A stretch of DNA of 49,298 bases from Anaplasma sp. (GCA_052043585.1 JBQEQV010000024.1:1-49298), one strand, 5' to 3'. Numbered from the stretch's first letter, positions 20,763-30,463 are shown. Numbers and translations are program-made. The notes: generated by a model from the letters alone, not told the origin.

Positions 20763-22097
20763 CTACTTCCCAATACAGAATTTCCCAAAGATGTTGTCTA
20801 AAATATCATCCCCGTACACGGCACCTGTAACTCTACCTATCTCCTGTAGAGCAGAACGCAGGTATTCCGCCATTATTTCCACAGGCATACCGTCTGTAAT
20901 TTCAGAGATCGTGCTAGCGGCACTTTGCAGGTGCGCCCTGTGCCGTTGAGATGTGATGAGCAGGTCCCCAGCCTTGGGAAAGTTCCCCATGGCCTTCTTC
21001 TGAATTGCAAGAAGCAAGGCATTAATGCCGAGTCCGTTGTGTACAGATATGGGATAGAATTCTCTCCCATGCACTGTTAGCACATCTCCTTCTTCTACAT
21101 TGTCGGCTTTGCTCAGAACGTAAATTGTCCTATCATCGCCGACATCCTCAAGCACATTGTCAGCAGTAATATCGTCCATTTCGTCATACGGATGAACAAC
21201 CAACCTGATGTCGGCACACTCAGCTTCCGTCTTGGCACGCATGATACCTTCACGCTCAACAAAGTCCGAACTCTCTCGCATACCGGCGGTATCTACCACT
21301 ATGAAAGGATATCCCCCAATATCCAAATGTGCCTCCAGAACATCGCGTGTGGTGCCCGGATATTCTGAGACTATAGCCGCATCTCTGCGTATCAGATAAT
21401 TAAAAAGGGTTGATTTCCCAACGTTTGGCTTCCCCAAAATTGCAACCCTCATGCCATTGCGCAATATCTCTCCTCTATGGCCATCATCAAGGTGCTGCAC
21501 GAGAGAATATCTGAGTTCCTCGACCCGCACATATATGTTGTCCAACACCTGGGAGGAAATATCATCGGGAAAGTCAATGTACGCTTCCAGGTCGGAAAGT
21601 ACATCAACAAGCTTGCCCCTCCAGCCTTCATACAGTCTCTCCAACAAACCCGAAGATTGCGCAAAGGCCTGCCGCAGCTGGGCTTCCGTCTCCGCATTTA
21701 TGATATCTACAATCCCTTCTGCTCTGGTCAGATCTATCTTGCCATTGAGGAACGCCCTGAGTGAAAACTCACCAGGCTCAGCCATGCGGAAAGTCGTCTG
21801 CAGCTCCTCGAAAAGTAATCGCACGACTGCCTGGCTACCATGGACTTGTAGTTCTACGACGTCCTCTCCCGTAAAGCTGCCAGGACCCGGAAAATATAAC
21901 ACAACAGCCTGATCTATAGGCCGCCTATCCCTGTCGTACAGGATTTTACAGGTAGCAACTCTGGGATGCACAGTCTCGCGAACACCTAAAAGTGCAATAG
22001 ACTCCAGTGCGTCTCGCCCCGATATTCGTACCACTGCAACACCAGACTTACCCGCAGGCGTAGACAAGGCAAATATGGTGTCTGCTTGTGACCCCAC
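20763..22097 (-). CDS. mnmE: tRNA modification GTPase MnmE
   Basis: Motifs SFTGEDVVE, GKPNVGKS, PGTTRD, DTAG and terminal FCIGK. Confidence 0.97.
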   Translation of the reverse strand: MGSQADTIFALSTPAGKSGVAVVRISGRDALESIALLGVRETVHPRVATCKILYDRDRRPIDQAVVLYFPGPGSFTGEDVVELQVHGSQAVVRLLFEELQTTFRMAEPGEFSLRAFLNGKIDLTRAEGIVDIINAETEAQLRQAFAQSSGLLERLYEGWRGKLVDVLSDLEAYIDFPDDISSQVLDNIYVRVEELRYSLVQHLDDGHRGEILRNGMRVAILGKPNVGKSTLFNYLIRRDAAIVSEYPGTTRDVLEAHLDIGGYPFIVVDTAGMRESSDFVEREGIMRAKTEAECADIRLVVHPYDEMDDITADNVLEDVGDDRTIYVLSKADNVEEGDVLTVHGREFYPISVHNGLGINALLLAIQKKAMGNFPKAGDLLITSQRHRAHLQSAASTISEITDGMPVEIMAEYLRSALQEIGRVTGAVYGDDILDNIFGKFCIGK

Positions 22098-22922
22098 CTA
22101 TGACACTCCCCTTAAGATCTCATTGATCGCAACTTTGCTTCTGGTGCGACTATCGATCTTCTTCACTATGACAGCACAATACAAAGAAACCCCGTTTTTG
22201 GTGGGGCTGCTACCAGGCACTACCACGGAGTACGGAGGCACGCTGCCGAAAGTAACATTACCGGTCTCCCGATCTACAATTCTCGTAGAAGCACCAATGT
22301 ATGTGCCCATGGCAAGCACGGACTGTTCGCCTATGACCACACCATCCACTATTTCACTCCTTGCACCGATAAAACACCCGTCCTCAATAATCACTGGTTT
22401 ACTCCCCATGGGCTCCAACACTCCCCCTATTCCCACGCCACCCGATATATGACAATTCTCTCCTATCTGTGCACAACTACCAATTGAGGCCCATGTGTCA
22501 ATCATGGTTCCCGCACCTATGTACGCACCTACATTAACAAAACTGGGCATCAACACCACCCTCTCGCCAATATATGCAGACTTGCGCACGAATGCACCGG
22601 GAGCAACCCTTATTTTTCGCGCGGTGAAACTGCCCCGGTTCCACTTGGCAAATTTCGCCGGGATTTTATCACACCAGCGCAGCCAATCCAGCGATGGACT
22701 GCCCATAAACTGCATATCGTGGGTGCGGAAAAATTCTAATATCGCTTTCTGTAGCCAATGGTGCACTACCCAATTGCCTTGCGGTGTCTTCTCACAAACC
22801 CTTACCTCACCCGAATCTAGCAGTTCCATCACAGATTCACTTGCAAGACGTAGTTCCTCCTCAACTCGGAAACCCCCTTCAAAAATCTTGCGCAGAACCC
22901 CTATGTCGGTAATGCAATCCAT
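22098..22922 (-). CDS. dapD: Tetrahydrodipicolinate N-succinyltransferase
   Basis: Motifs [38 protein letters not shown] and hexapeptide repeats. Confidence 0.97.
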   Translation of the reverse strand: MDCITDIGVLRKIFEGGFRVEEELRLASESVMELLDSGEVRVCEKTPQGNWVVHHWLQKAILEFFRTHDMQFMGSPSLDWLRWCDKIPAKFAKWNRGSFTARKIRVAPGAFVRKSAYIGERVVLMPSFVNVGAYIGAGTMIDTWASIGSCAQIGENCHISGGVGIGGVLEPMGSKPVIIEDGCFIGARSEIVDGVVIGEQSVLAMGTYIGASTRIVDRETGNVTFGSVPPYSVVVPGSSPTKNGVSLYCAVIVKKIDSRTRSKVAINEILRGVS

Positions 22923-23162
22923 AGCCCCTTACTTGCGGTAATCAATGTGCGCAAGCTAGCATATATTCATTTCTCATACAATCCCCATGTGCGTGTACTA
23001 CGGGGCACTTGGCTGTTTCTATTTTAACCCATGCCAGGCCCTTTTTATCGCTCACCTCGAAATCACCTCCTGTTCGGTGATAACGTTTGTATAGGGCATA
23101 GACACGCCATGGACTAATGTGCTATAGTGTACCTACTGTTCTGCGTTACCGGCACTAGCGCC

Positions 23163-23789
23163 ATGAAGATAGAGTGTAGAAATTGCCACGCAACGTACCG
23201 CGTCGCCGGGGATAAGGTTCCTGCTGAAGGCAAAAGAGTCAAGTGCACAAGCTGCGGGCATGTTTGGCTATTTTCGTTAGAAGGAAGTCCGGCTTCGCAG
23301 AAAAACAAACGAGAGGTCAAGCAGAGTGCATCTCGAAACAAAAGTCGCTCAAAATTTACATGGAGAGATGCGGTCCTGATCTTGATGATGGTACCTTTGC
23401 TGTTTTTCTTCTCTTCCACATTCCAGAAGAAGGTTCCCTACAGATTCAGGAAGATTTACCGCCTGACCGAGATTTACGACACCTCGCACGTTAAGTTGGT
23501 GGAGTCCAACGTCAAGGTTGTGGGCGCTGATGCTCAGGGAATGGTTGTAAGGGTCAGTGGAGTAATAGAGAACAAGGCGGTCGACGAGCGTTTCTTCCCG
23601 GGAGTGTACCTAGTTTTCTATGACAAAGACGCTAATAGCGTGCTGTCCCAGAAAGTGGAAGTAAACAAATATCAGCTTATCCCTAGTCAGGGCAGGGTAC
23701 AGTTTGAAAAGACTGTCACTGGCGTACCGCGTGAAGTGTCGACCGTGAAAGTGAAGGCAGGCAATGCCTTTGAGGTCCTGTTCTACTGA
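23163..23789 (+). CDS. MJ0042-type Zn-ribbon, TM, DUF3426-like protein (ZitP-like)
   Basis: CRNC..Y...GKRVKCTSCGHVW, one TM helix and a beta-rich C-terminal domain (VSGVIEN). ATG 23163. Confidence 0.75.
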   Translation: MKIECRNCHATYRVAGDKVPAEGKRVKCTSCGHVWLFSLEGSPASQKNKREVKQSASRNKSRSKFTWRDAVLILMMVPLLFFFSSTFQKKVPYRFRKIYRLTEIYDTSHVKLVESNVKVVGADAQGMVVRVSGVIENKAVDERFFPGVYLVFYDKDANSVLSQKVEVNKYQLIPSQGRVQFEKTVTGVPREVSTVKVKAGNAFEVLFY

Positions 23790-23790
23790 A

Positions 23791-24957
23791 ATGATCCCGG
23801 AGTTCACGGTAACTGAGATCACAGATATAGTGCAGAGAATGGTGCATGACACGTTCTACTGCGTTAGGATACGCGGCGAGATTAGCGGGTTGTCAAAGCC
23901 AAGTTCTGGGCACGTGTACTTGTCACTTAAAGACGCTAATTCCGTCATCAACGCCGTGTGCTGGAATGGCACAAGACTGAAAGCCCAGTTTGAGAATGGG
24001 TTAGAGGTCATATGCACCGGGCACCTTAGCACCTATCAGTCGAGGTACCAACTCGTAATAGAGGAAATGGTGCTTGCAGGTCAGGGCAAGCTTGCGGCCC
24101 TGCTCGAGGAGCGCAAGAAAAAACTCGCGCAGGAGGGGTTATTCGACCCAGCTCGTAAGAAGCCGTTGCCGCTCTTGCCAATGAAAATAGGGGTCATCAC
24201 GTCCCCGACTGGTGCGGTGATTCGAGACATAATAGACCGAGTCAAGCATAGATTCCCGACTCATGTTGTGGTGTGGCCGGTCCAGGTGCAGGGATCGCAC
24301 GCCAGCGCAATGATCATCGAGGCAATTTTGGGGTTCAACAGTCTGCCAGAACCTCCTGATGTTATAATTGTGGCTAGAGGCGGTGGTAGTATTGAAGACT
24401 TGTGGCCGTTTAATGATGAGGAGCTTGCCAGAACAACCTCAGCGTCCAAGATACCTATCGTTTCCGCTGTGGGGCATGAAACAGACTTCACCTTAATCGA
24501 CTATGTAGCAGACGTGCGGGCCTCTACTCCAACTGCTTCCGTTGAGATAGTATTGCCTGAAAAACAACAGCTCGCAGAAAGCATTGCCTTGAAGGTGACA
24601 AAGATAAGAACCTGCCTGGAGGCGATGCTCAAAGCAAAGGCACATCATTTGCTAAGGCTCCATGGGGTGCTAAACGAGACAAGACACAGAATAGATGAAG
24701 TGGGCCAGAGAGCACTGGCATATCAGGCAAGAATCAGGGTATTGCTGCAAATCATACTGCTTAAGAAGAAGCAACACCTGGAAAGCCTGATGAGGAGGAT
24801 CAGCTACTACGACAAGGAACACATCTTGTCCGTGGGCTACACAATAACCTACGACAGCGAAGGAAAGCGCCTCAGCTCTGCAGATACCATCTCCCCCAAT
24901 GACATCATAACCGTGGAGTGGAAGGATGGAAAGCGCAAAGCCGTGGTCTTAGCATAG
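23791..24957 (+). CDS. xseA: Exodeoxyribonuclease VII large subunit
   Basis: Motifs GEISG..SGHVY.SLKD, GVITSPTGA, ARGGGSIEDLW.FN, SAVGHETD and ASTPTA. Confidence 0.96.
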   Translation: MIPEFTVTEITDIVQRMVHDTFYCVRIRGEISGLSKPSSGHVYLSLKDANSVINAVCWNGTRLKAQFENGLEVICTGHLSTYQSRYQLVIEEMVLAGQGKLAALLEERKKKLAQEGLFDPARKKPLPLLPMKIGVITSPTGAVIRDIIDRVKHRFPTHVVVWPVQVQGSHASAMIIEAILGFNSLPEPPDVIIVARGGGSIEDLWPFNDEELARTTSASKIPIVSAVGHETDFTLIDYVADVRASTPTASVEIVLPEKQQLAESIALKVTKIRTCLEAMLKAKAHHLLRLHGVLNETRHRIDEVGQRALAYQARIRVLLQIILLKKKQHLESLMRRISYYDKEHILSVGYTITYDSEGKRLSSADTISPNDIITVEWKDGKRKAVVLA

Positions 24958-24971
24958 GGCCTCAACCGAGG

Positions 24972-26132
24972 CTATGCCATGCTGAGAAACTGCAGCAATG
25001 CCCCTCCACCGGTAGAAATGTACGAGAAGTCTCGCTCAGAATATCCACAAGATTTAATAGCAAATATGCTGTCGCCCCCTCCTACGACGGTTTCAACTCC
25101 CTTTTCTCGTGTGAGACGTACTAGTTCGCGTACAAGACCGAACGTCCCACTGGCGAAGGCGTCACGCTCGAATACCCCCATGGGGCCATTCCAGAATATG
25201 GTCTTGCATTTCTCTAAAGCTTCCACCACCCGTGCCGAAGTTTGGCTTCCTATATCGAAAATGCAATCTTGTTCGCCCACCTCCGTGTTTGCTTTCACGC
25301 AGGCGTTGCCATCCATGCTTGGCGCTACGACGTGATCTACAGGCAATATCACACTACAACCACTTGCACTCGCGGAGTCCAGTACGGTGCGCACATGGTC
25401 GGCACAGGGCTCGTACATCGAGTTACCAATCTTATATCCCCCGGCATGCAGGAAGCTGTTCGACAAGCCACCACCCAATATTAGAAAATCAACTTTCTTG
25501 GCAAGATTACACAGCATCAGCACCTTCGAAGATGTTTTTGCACCCCCAATCACCGCGGCAACAGGATGCTTGCTCACCACCCCACCAAGGTGGTGTAGTT
25601 CGTCCTGCAAATTCAGACCCGCAAACGCAGGCAGAAATCCTGTCACAGCGTCAATCGAGGCATGCTTCCTGTGCGAACAGGCAAAGGCATCATTGACGTA
25701 CAAGTCACCCAAAGTGGCCAGTTGCTGTGCAAAAGTTGGGTCGTTTTTCTTCTCACCCTCGTAAAACCTGAGATTCTCCAGCAGAATAGCTGCCCCCCAA
25801 GGCAATGCATCTATTGCCGCGTGCACAGCGTCTCCGACGCTATCCCCGATAAACGCCACGGGAACTCCCAGTACCTCACTGATAGTGTCCACTAGTGGCG
25901 CGAAGGAGAAGTTCATGTCCCTGCCATCTGGGCGACCAAGATGGGAAATCATGACAACCTTGGCCCCGGACTTGACTAGGTGGCACACGGTGGGCGCGGT
26001 TCTCTCTATCCTGGTTTTATCCTGTGGTTGCCCATGTTCCATTGGAACGTTGAAATCGACCCTCAACAAAACCCTGCGTCCCTGGACGCTAGAGTCCTGC
26101 ATCTTGGGCAGTCTTATAATCTTTTCCATCAC
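24972..26132 (-). CDS. pgk: Phosphoglycerate kinase
   Basis: Motifs RVDFNVP, SHLGRP, LLENLRF, WNGPMGVFE, GGGDS and STGGGA. Confidence 0.98.
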   Translation of the reverse strand: MMEKIIRLPKMQDSSVQGRRVLLRVDFNVPMEHGQPQDKTRIERTAPTVCHLVKSGAKVVMISHLGRPDGRDMNFSFAPLVDTISEVLGVPVAFIGDSVGDAVHAAIDALPWGAAILLENLRFYEGEKKNDPTFAQQLATLGDLYVNDAFACSHRKHASIDAVTGFLPAFAGLNLQDELHHLGGVVSKHPVAAVIGGAKTSSKVLMLCNLAKKVDFLILGGGLSNSFLHAGGYKIGNSMYEPCADHVRTVLDSASASGCSVILPVDHVVAPSMDGNACVKANTEVGEQDCIFDIGSQTSARVVEALEKCKTIFWNGPMGVFERDAFASGTFGLVRELVRLTREKGVETVVGGGDSIFAIKSCGYSERDFSYISTGGGALLQFLSMA

Positions 26133-26451
26133 GACATCCGGCCATCAAAGGCACCCTACACTACGGCGATGTGGAGTGCCACCCCGCAGTGTAACACGCA
26201 CCATTGACAAGACAAGCCCTAATTGCGCGTTCCTCGGATACACAGCCTTGCCGACATATGTGGAAGTTCGATAGCATCCCCCGCAACTGATTACAGTGTT
26301 TAAAAGTACTAAATCTATCAACATTGGCCACTTGCCCCACTACTGTAATATTCCCCTTATATTAGGAACTGTCCTCACAGAGCTACGCTATGATGTGTCG
26401 TAGCCATGGTCTCGAAGTAGGAGAAAAAAATATGAGTCGTCCAGTAAATTT

Positions 26452-26610
26452 ATGAAAGATCTGTATGACGTGTATAAGCCACGCTCTCCAGCTGACATTT
26501 ACCTGGACAAAATCAGCCATACAAGCCCATATCCATTACATAGCCCCTTGTATTATCATCCCAATATTATGCATTATTTAACTATGGAAAGTGTATGCTC
26601 GGCTGAATAG
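26452..26610 (+). CDS. Putative 52-aa small protein, not in the ORF track
   Basis: MKDLYDVYKPRSPADIYLDKISH...SAE*. Its ATG overlaps (ATGA) the stop of a 7-codon ORF at 26432-26455, which has AGGAG 8 nt upstream. Confidence 0.35.
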   Translation: MKDLYDVYKPRSPADIYLDKISHTSPYPLHSPLYYHPNIMHYLTMESVCSAE

Positions 26611-26636
26611 CGAATCAATTTTACGGGTAGAGTTGT

Positions 26637-27065
26637 ATGCAGCAGTACGTACCTACGGGTGCCCATGGGAATTCCAACTCACTTAAGGTGCAGTGGGAAG
26701 TGGTAAAGCACCAGAAACACAGTAATGGTAGTTTGTCCCAGGTGTCCTGCCTGTACACCATCAAAGCGTACAGCGTGGATGGCGTGCTCTCTTTCAGCGC
26801 AGAACCTGTAAAAAGCGTCTTGCTACGGCTTAACCTCTCAGTAGACTGCATACTGCTTAACAAGGCCGTAAACATAGAGGTGTTAGACGGCGTGTCCTTT
26901 AGTAAATTCGCTAGCAAAAAGAAAAGTTATGCTTCCCGTCTGCAAGATCTCTCTAAGCACTTCGAAAGCGGTCTCGGGATAGTCTTGCCAAACAGCATTA
27001 AAGAAAGCTTCACAAAAGAGTTTGAGGAGGCATCTAGGCTTCTGAAGAGCTCTTTCAGTATCTAA
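26637..27065 (+). CDS. Hypothetical protein (142 aa)
   Basis: ATG-started ORF filling the gap, with protein-like alpha/beta composition. No family recognised. Confidence 0.7.
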   Translation: MQQYVPTGAHGNSNSLKVQWEVVKHQKHSNGSLSQVSCLYTIKAYSVDGVLSFSAEPVKSVLLRLNLSVDCILLNKAVNIEVLDGVSFSKFASKKKSYASRLQDLSKHFESGLGIVLPNSIKESFTKEFEEASRLLKSSFSI

Positions 27066-27220
27066 ACCCTTCCTAGCCCAACATCGGGCTGATCTTCAAT
27101 TAAGTATCTGATATTCAGCACAGCGGCGCCGGTTTGCGCTGGCATTAATACTTAAAAAATTCATAGAAGATATAAATTTTTTATCAATCCGCCCACCAAT
27201 CTCGTGATCCAGGAGCACGC

Positions 27221-27937
27221 GTGTACTCTACTATCGTGCAGTTTTTACAGCAGTCACCAGGGATGCCTCTTGTGCTCTGTGTGGCAGTTGTGGTCTTCAG
27301 CATATTAGAAAAGGTCGTGAACGAGGCGTACTCAGGACGTGCACGTGTGGGGCCACAGTTTGGCAGCCGACCAGCTCGCTCGCATGAGCTAGCAACCACA
27401 AAAGAAGCTGATGCATTCTCGCCCTGTGTTACGCACTCCGGACCTCAAGCTATGCGTGAAGCCGCCCATGGCGGCCAGTGGGACTTGCCTGCATTTAGTG
27501 ACACGCTCGCACGTGATGACCCAGCAATCCCACAGGAGCCCTCTCCAGGGGGGAGGACCCCATCAAGCCACAGCAGCAATGTTGTTTCGGTCCCGGGCCG
27601 CCCTAGCAGCGTTGGCCCAGTGATGCCCTCGTACACGCAGGCAGCTTGCGTGATAGTGGGTGAGGAGCCCGCAACAGTGTACCTCCCAGAAATGAAGCAG
27701 CCAGGCTCTGAAGTGGCAGAGCCACCTGTGCAGGAAAACGCAACCTCCAGAGCTGCTGAGCAAAGTGTGCATCAGCCCATGTGCGGCTTCGCAAGAGACT
27801 GCACGGAGAGCAAAGAGGAGGACCTCGACTTACCAGCAACGCATGCTAGCGCACCACAAGTCAACACCTTAATCCAAGAGGCCGTGGTAGAGCTGGTGCT
27901 CGTAGATTCAATTGCAATGCCGCTGCCCTCTAGGTAG
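27221..27937 (+). CDS. Hypothetical protein with N-terminal hydrophobic segment and a P/S/E-rich disordered body
   Basis: 238-codon ORF with hydrophobic stretch PLVLCVAVVVFSIL. Start GTG 27221 or ATG 27263. Confidence 0.7.
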   Translation: MYSTIVQFLQQSPGMPLVLCVAVVVFSILEKVVNEAYSGRARVGPQFGSRPARSHELATTKEADAFSPCVTHSGPQAMREAAHGGQWDLPAFSDTLARDDPAIPQEPSPGGRTPSSHSSNVVSVPGRPSSVGPVMPSYTQAACVIVGEEPATVYLPEMKQPGSEVAEPPVQENATSRAAEQSVHQPMCGFARDCTESKEEDLDLPATHASAPQVNTLIQEAVVELVLVDSIAMPLPSR

Positions 27938-27976
27938 AATCGCACATCTGCGTTTCTCATCTAGTTCATCTGGGCC

Positions 27977-28795
27977 GTGAACTTCGTCAAGATGCACAGC
28001 AATGCAAACGACTTCGTCATCATAGACTGCAGAAACATCAGTGATTCAACTAACATTGACTACGGCAAGATAGCGCAAAGGAGAACCGGGATCGGCTGCG
28101 ATCAGGTGGTCACCATAAGACGTTCTACTGACGCAGATTGCACCATGATCATACACAATGCCGACGGTAGTCAGGCGGGAATGTGTGGGAATGCGGCGAT
28201 ATGTGTAGGTCAGCTGCTGATGAACGAATCAGGAAGTAATACAGCGTCCATAGAAGTAGGAGAACGCATCGTTGTTGCAAACAAGACGGAAACCGGGGGC
28301 GTAAGGGTCAATATGGGCAAGCCGAGGCTCGCCTGGCAGGATATACCAGTTGCTATACAGTGCGACACCCTATCCATCCCGCTTTCGATCGGGACACTAC
28401 CTCCACCTGCAGGGGTCAGTATGGGTAACCCGCATGTCGTGTTTTTCGTCAAATCGGTGGCAGATTGCAATCTTGAAGCATGGGGCCCAATAGTGGAAAA
28501 TCATCCCCTGTTTCCACAGAGAACAAATGTGTGTGTAGGACAAGCCATCTCGAGAGACAATATTCTCCTAAGAGTATGGGAAAGGGGTGTAGGAGAGACG
28601 CATTCCTGCGGCAGTGGCACTTGTGCTACACTCGTAGCCGGAGTTCGACTGGGCCTTACAAACAGATGTTGCACCGTAAATATGCCCGGTGGAGCTCTGT
28701 TTACGGAATGGCAAGCAAGCGGTGATACGGTAATCAGTGGACGGGCCATAGAATCCTTCCGGGGCGTCTTGAGTGAGATCTGCAAAGTTTTCTAA
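27977..28795 (+). CDS. dapF: Diaminopimelate epimerase
   Basis: Motifs KMH...NDF, GIGCDQ, NADGS..MCGN, MGNPH and RVWERGVGET.SCGSG. Confidence 0.96.
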   Translation: MNFVKMHSNANDFVIIDCRNISDSTNIDYGKIAQRRTGIGCDQVVTIRRSTDADCTMIIHNADGSQAGMCGNAAICVGQLLMNESGSNTASIEVGERIVVANKTETGGVRVNMGKPRLAWQDIPVAIQCDTLSIPLSIGTLPPPAGVSMGNPHVVFFVKSVADCNLEAWGPIVENHPLFPQRTNVCVGQAISRDNILLRVWERGVGETHSCGSGTCATLVAGVRLGLTNRCCTVNMPGGALFTEWQASGDTVISGRAIESFRGVLSEICKVF

Positions 28796-29365
28796 TTACA
28801 GGCGCTGCGTGTGGACGTATAATCCGGGTGTGTGGTCCAAAGTTTTGTGTTATGCAGGTACTTCCACCTATGGGAAGTGTGATTCCAATTAGCGCGGCTT
28901 TGGCCCCGGTGCGTTTTCGATGGCATGTTGAATTGTGTTTGCGATGTGCGTGTTATGGGTAGGAAGGTTGTTTGGGGTGTCTCGTTGCTGACGAAGTTCA
29001 CAGCATCGGACAGTCTCGCGTGGTTGTGTCGTGCTGGTCCCCGGCGTGTTAGTGATTTGCTAACAGCTGCATTGCCTTGGAGCCTCCGGTGCGAGTGTCA
29101 CGCAAGGTGCCATGGACCAGCTGTCGATGCTGGGCAGCTCTTCATCAGAGGCCCAATTAGGGCTCGGGGACCTCAAGCGGTACCAGCTGTAGTCGCAGAG
29201 GAGGCTGTTTGTAAGCACGGAGTTGGTGGCGCGCCTTGGTCGTTGAGGATTGTGTGCCCTTTTCCTTGTCTAAAGAGGGCTTTGCAAAAATGCAATTTTG
29301 TCTTAGAACTTACCAGTAGCGCTCACAGTCTTATGTGGAGTTTTGTCTTACCTATCGGGTGAAGT

Positions 29366-30463
29366 ATGAGGAGAATTATTTCTTTCTTCCAGGGCGGTGT
29401 TGGGTCGTTGTGTTCGAAGGTTTTTAGCTCGCTCCCAGGTGCGGGGGAGGTGCTTGAGCTCATTCGGAACGGCCGAGTGTCCATCAGGGAGGGCATGTCA
29501 TCGATAAGAGACAAATCCAAGTGCCTACTTGCCACCAACATGGATCTCGGCTTATACCACTTTTACAGAGGCAACGTCCAAGATGCTAAGGCGAGATTTT
29601 GGTTGATCAGTCTGGTGAGACCAAAGCTTCCGGATGTGTATTACAATATTGGTAGGTGTCACCTGGTGCTGCGAGACATAGGAAAGGCGGTCAAGAGTTT
29701 TGAGAGGGCGTTATCTTTGGATAAAGCACACAAAGAATCTGTGTATTACCTACAAAAAATTGAATCTCCCGACAGCATTTCTGAAATACCGGAAAATATA
29801 ATCAGGCAGCATTTTAACTACACAAGTGAGTATTTCGTTGAGCACTGGCTCATAGCGCAAAATTACAGAGGACACGAATACGTACGGTCCTTGGTGATGA
29901 ACTTCCTCGGCAGCAGGTTCTCTGAGCTCGAGGTCCTGGATTTGGGGTGTGGTACCGGGATATGCGGTCAGTTTTTGAAGATGAAGGGCATAGGCCGTCA
30001 CATCACCGGCGTCGACATATCTCGCAGGATGCTCGACATTGCGAGAAAGTGTTTCGTACAGGGACGTCAGGCCTACAGCGAGCTGCTGTGCATGAACATG
30101 TTCGAATTCTTGAAGAATAACAAGAAGAAGTACGACGTTATTGTGGTGACCGAGGTGCTACACTACTTCGGAGGACTGGGCGAGGTGCTGCGGATGATAT
30201 GCGGGGCGCTGGCTAAGGGTGGTATGTTGGTTGCGCTGGTGCGCGAAGGTGGCGGACAAAGGTACAGGTTCGTCAAAGAAGGTGACTTTTTTTACCATTC
30301 CGGGGCATACGTTCAGCAGCAAGTGGAGAAGTTGGGGTTACACCTGAGTTATGTAAATCGGTGTAAGATATATGGAAATCGGGTAGATGGATTGCTGTTC
30401 GCGGTGTCTCATGGAGATCTTGCCGGAGCGGCTGCCAACGCGGCTAATGCGTCTACTGCATGA
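29366..30463 (+). CDS. TPR-containing class I SAM-dependent methyltransferase
   Basis: TPR helices (YYNIGRC...AVKSFERAL) followed by VLDLGCGTG, GVDIS and VLHYFG. Confidence 0.88.
   Translation: MRRIISFFQGGVGSLCSKVFSSLPGAGEVLELIRNGRVSIREGMSSIRDKSKCLLATNMDLGLYHFYRGNVQDAKARFWLISLVRPKLPDVYYNIGRCHLVLRDIGKAVKSFERALSLDKAHKESVYYLQKIESPDSISEIPENIIRQHFNYTSEYFVEHWLIAQNYRGHEYVRSLVMNFLGSRFSELEVLDLGCGTGICGQFLKMKGIGRHITGVDISRRMLDIARKCFVQGRQAYSELLCMNMFEFLKNNKKKYDVIVVTEVLHYFGGLGEVLRMICGALAKGGMLVALVREGGGQRYRFVKEGDFFYHSGAYVQQQVEKLGLHLSYVNRCKIYGNRVDGLLFAVSHGDLAGAAANAANASTA

Noticed and set aside
27977..29001. 13-bp inverted repeat GTGAACTTCGTCA at the dapF start and at 28989-29001
   Set aside because: No transposase or target duplication, one copy is constrained coding sequence, and the match does not extend.
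29065..29215. Minus-strand peptides SMAPCVTLAPEAPRQ and LRLQLVPLEVP faintly resembling the 238-aa and 966-aa orphans
   Set aside because: Very short, in different frames with stops, and not distinguishable from chance by eye.
28796..29365. tmRNA, RNase P or 6S RNA in the larger intergenic gaps
   Set aside because: I found none of the hallmark motifs, such as GAGGAAAGTCC or a tRNA-Ala-like acceptor end. An Rfam scan would settle it.
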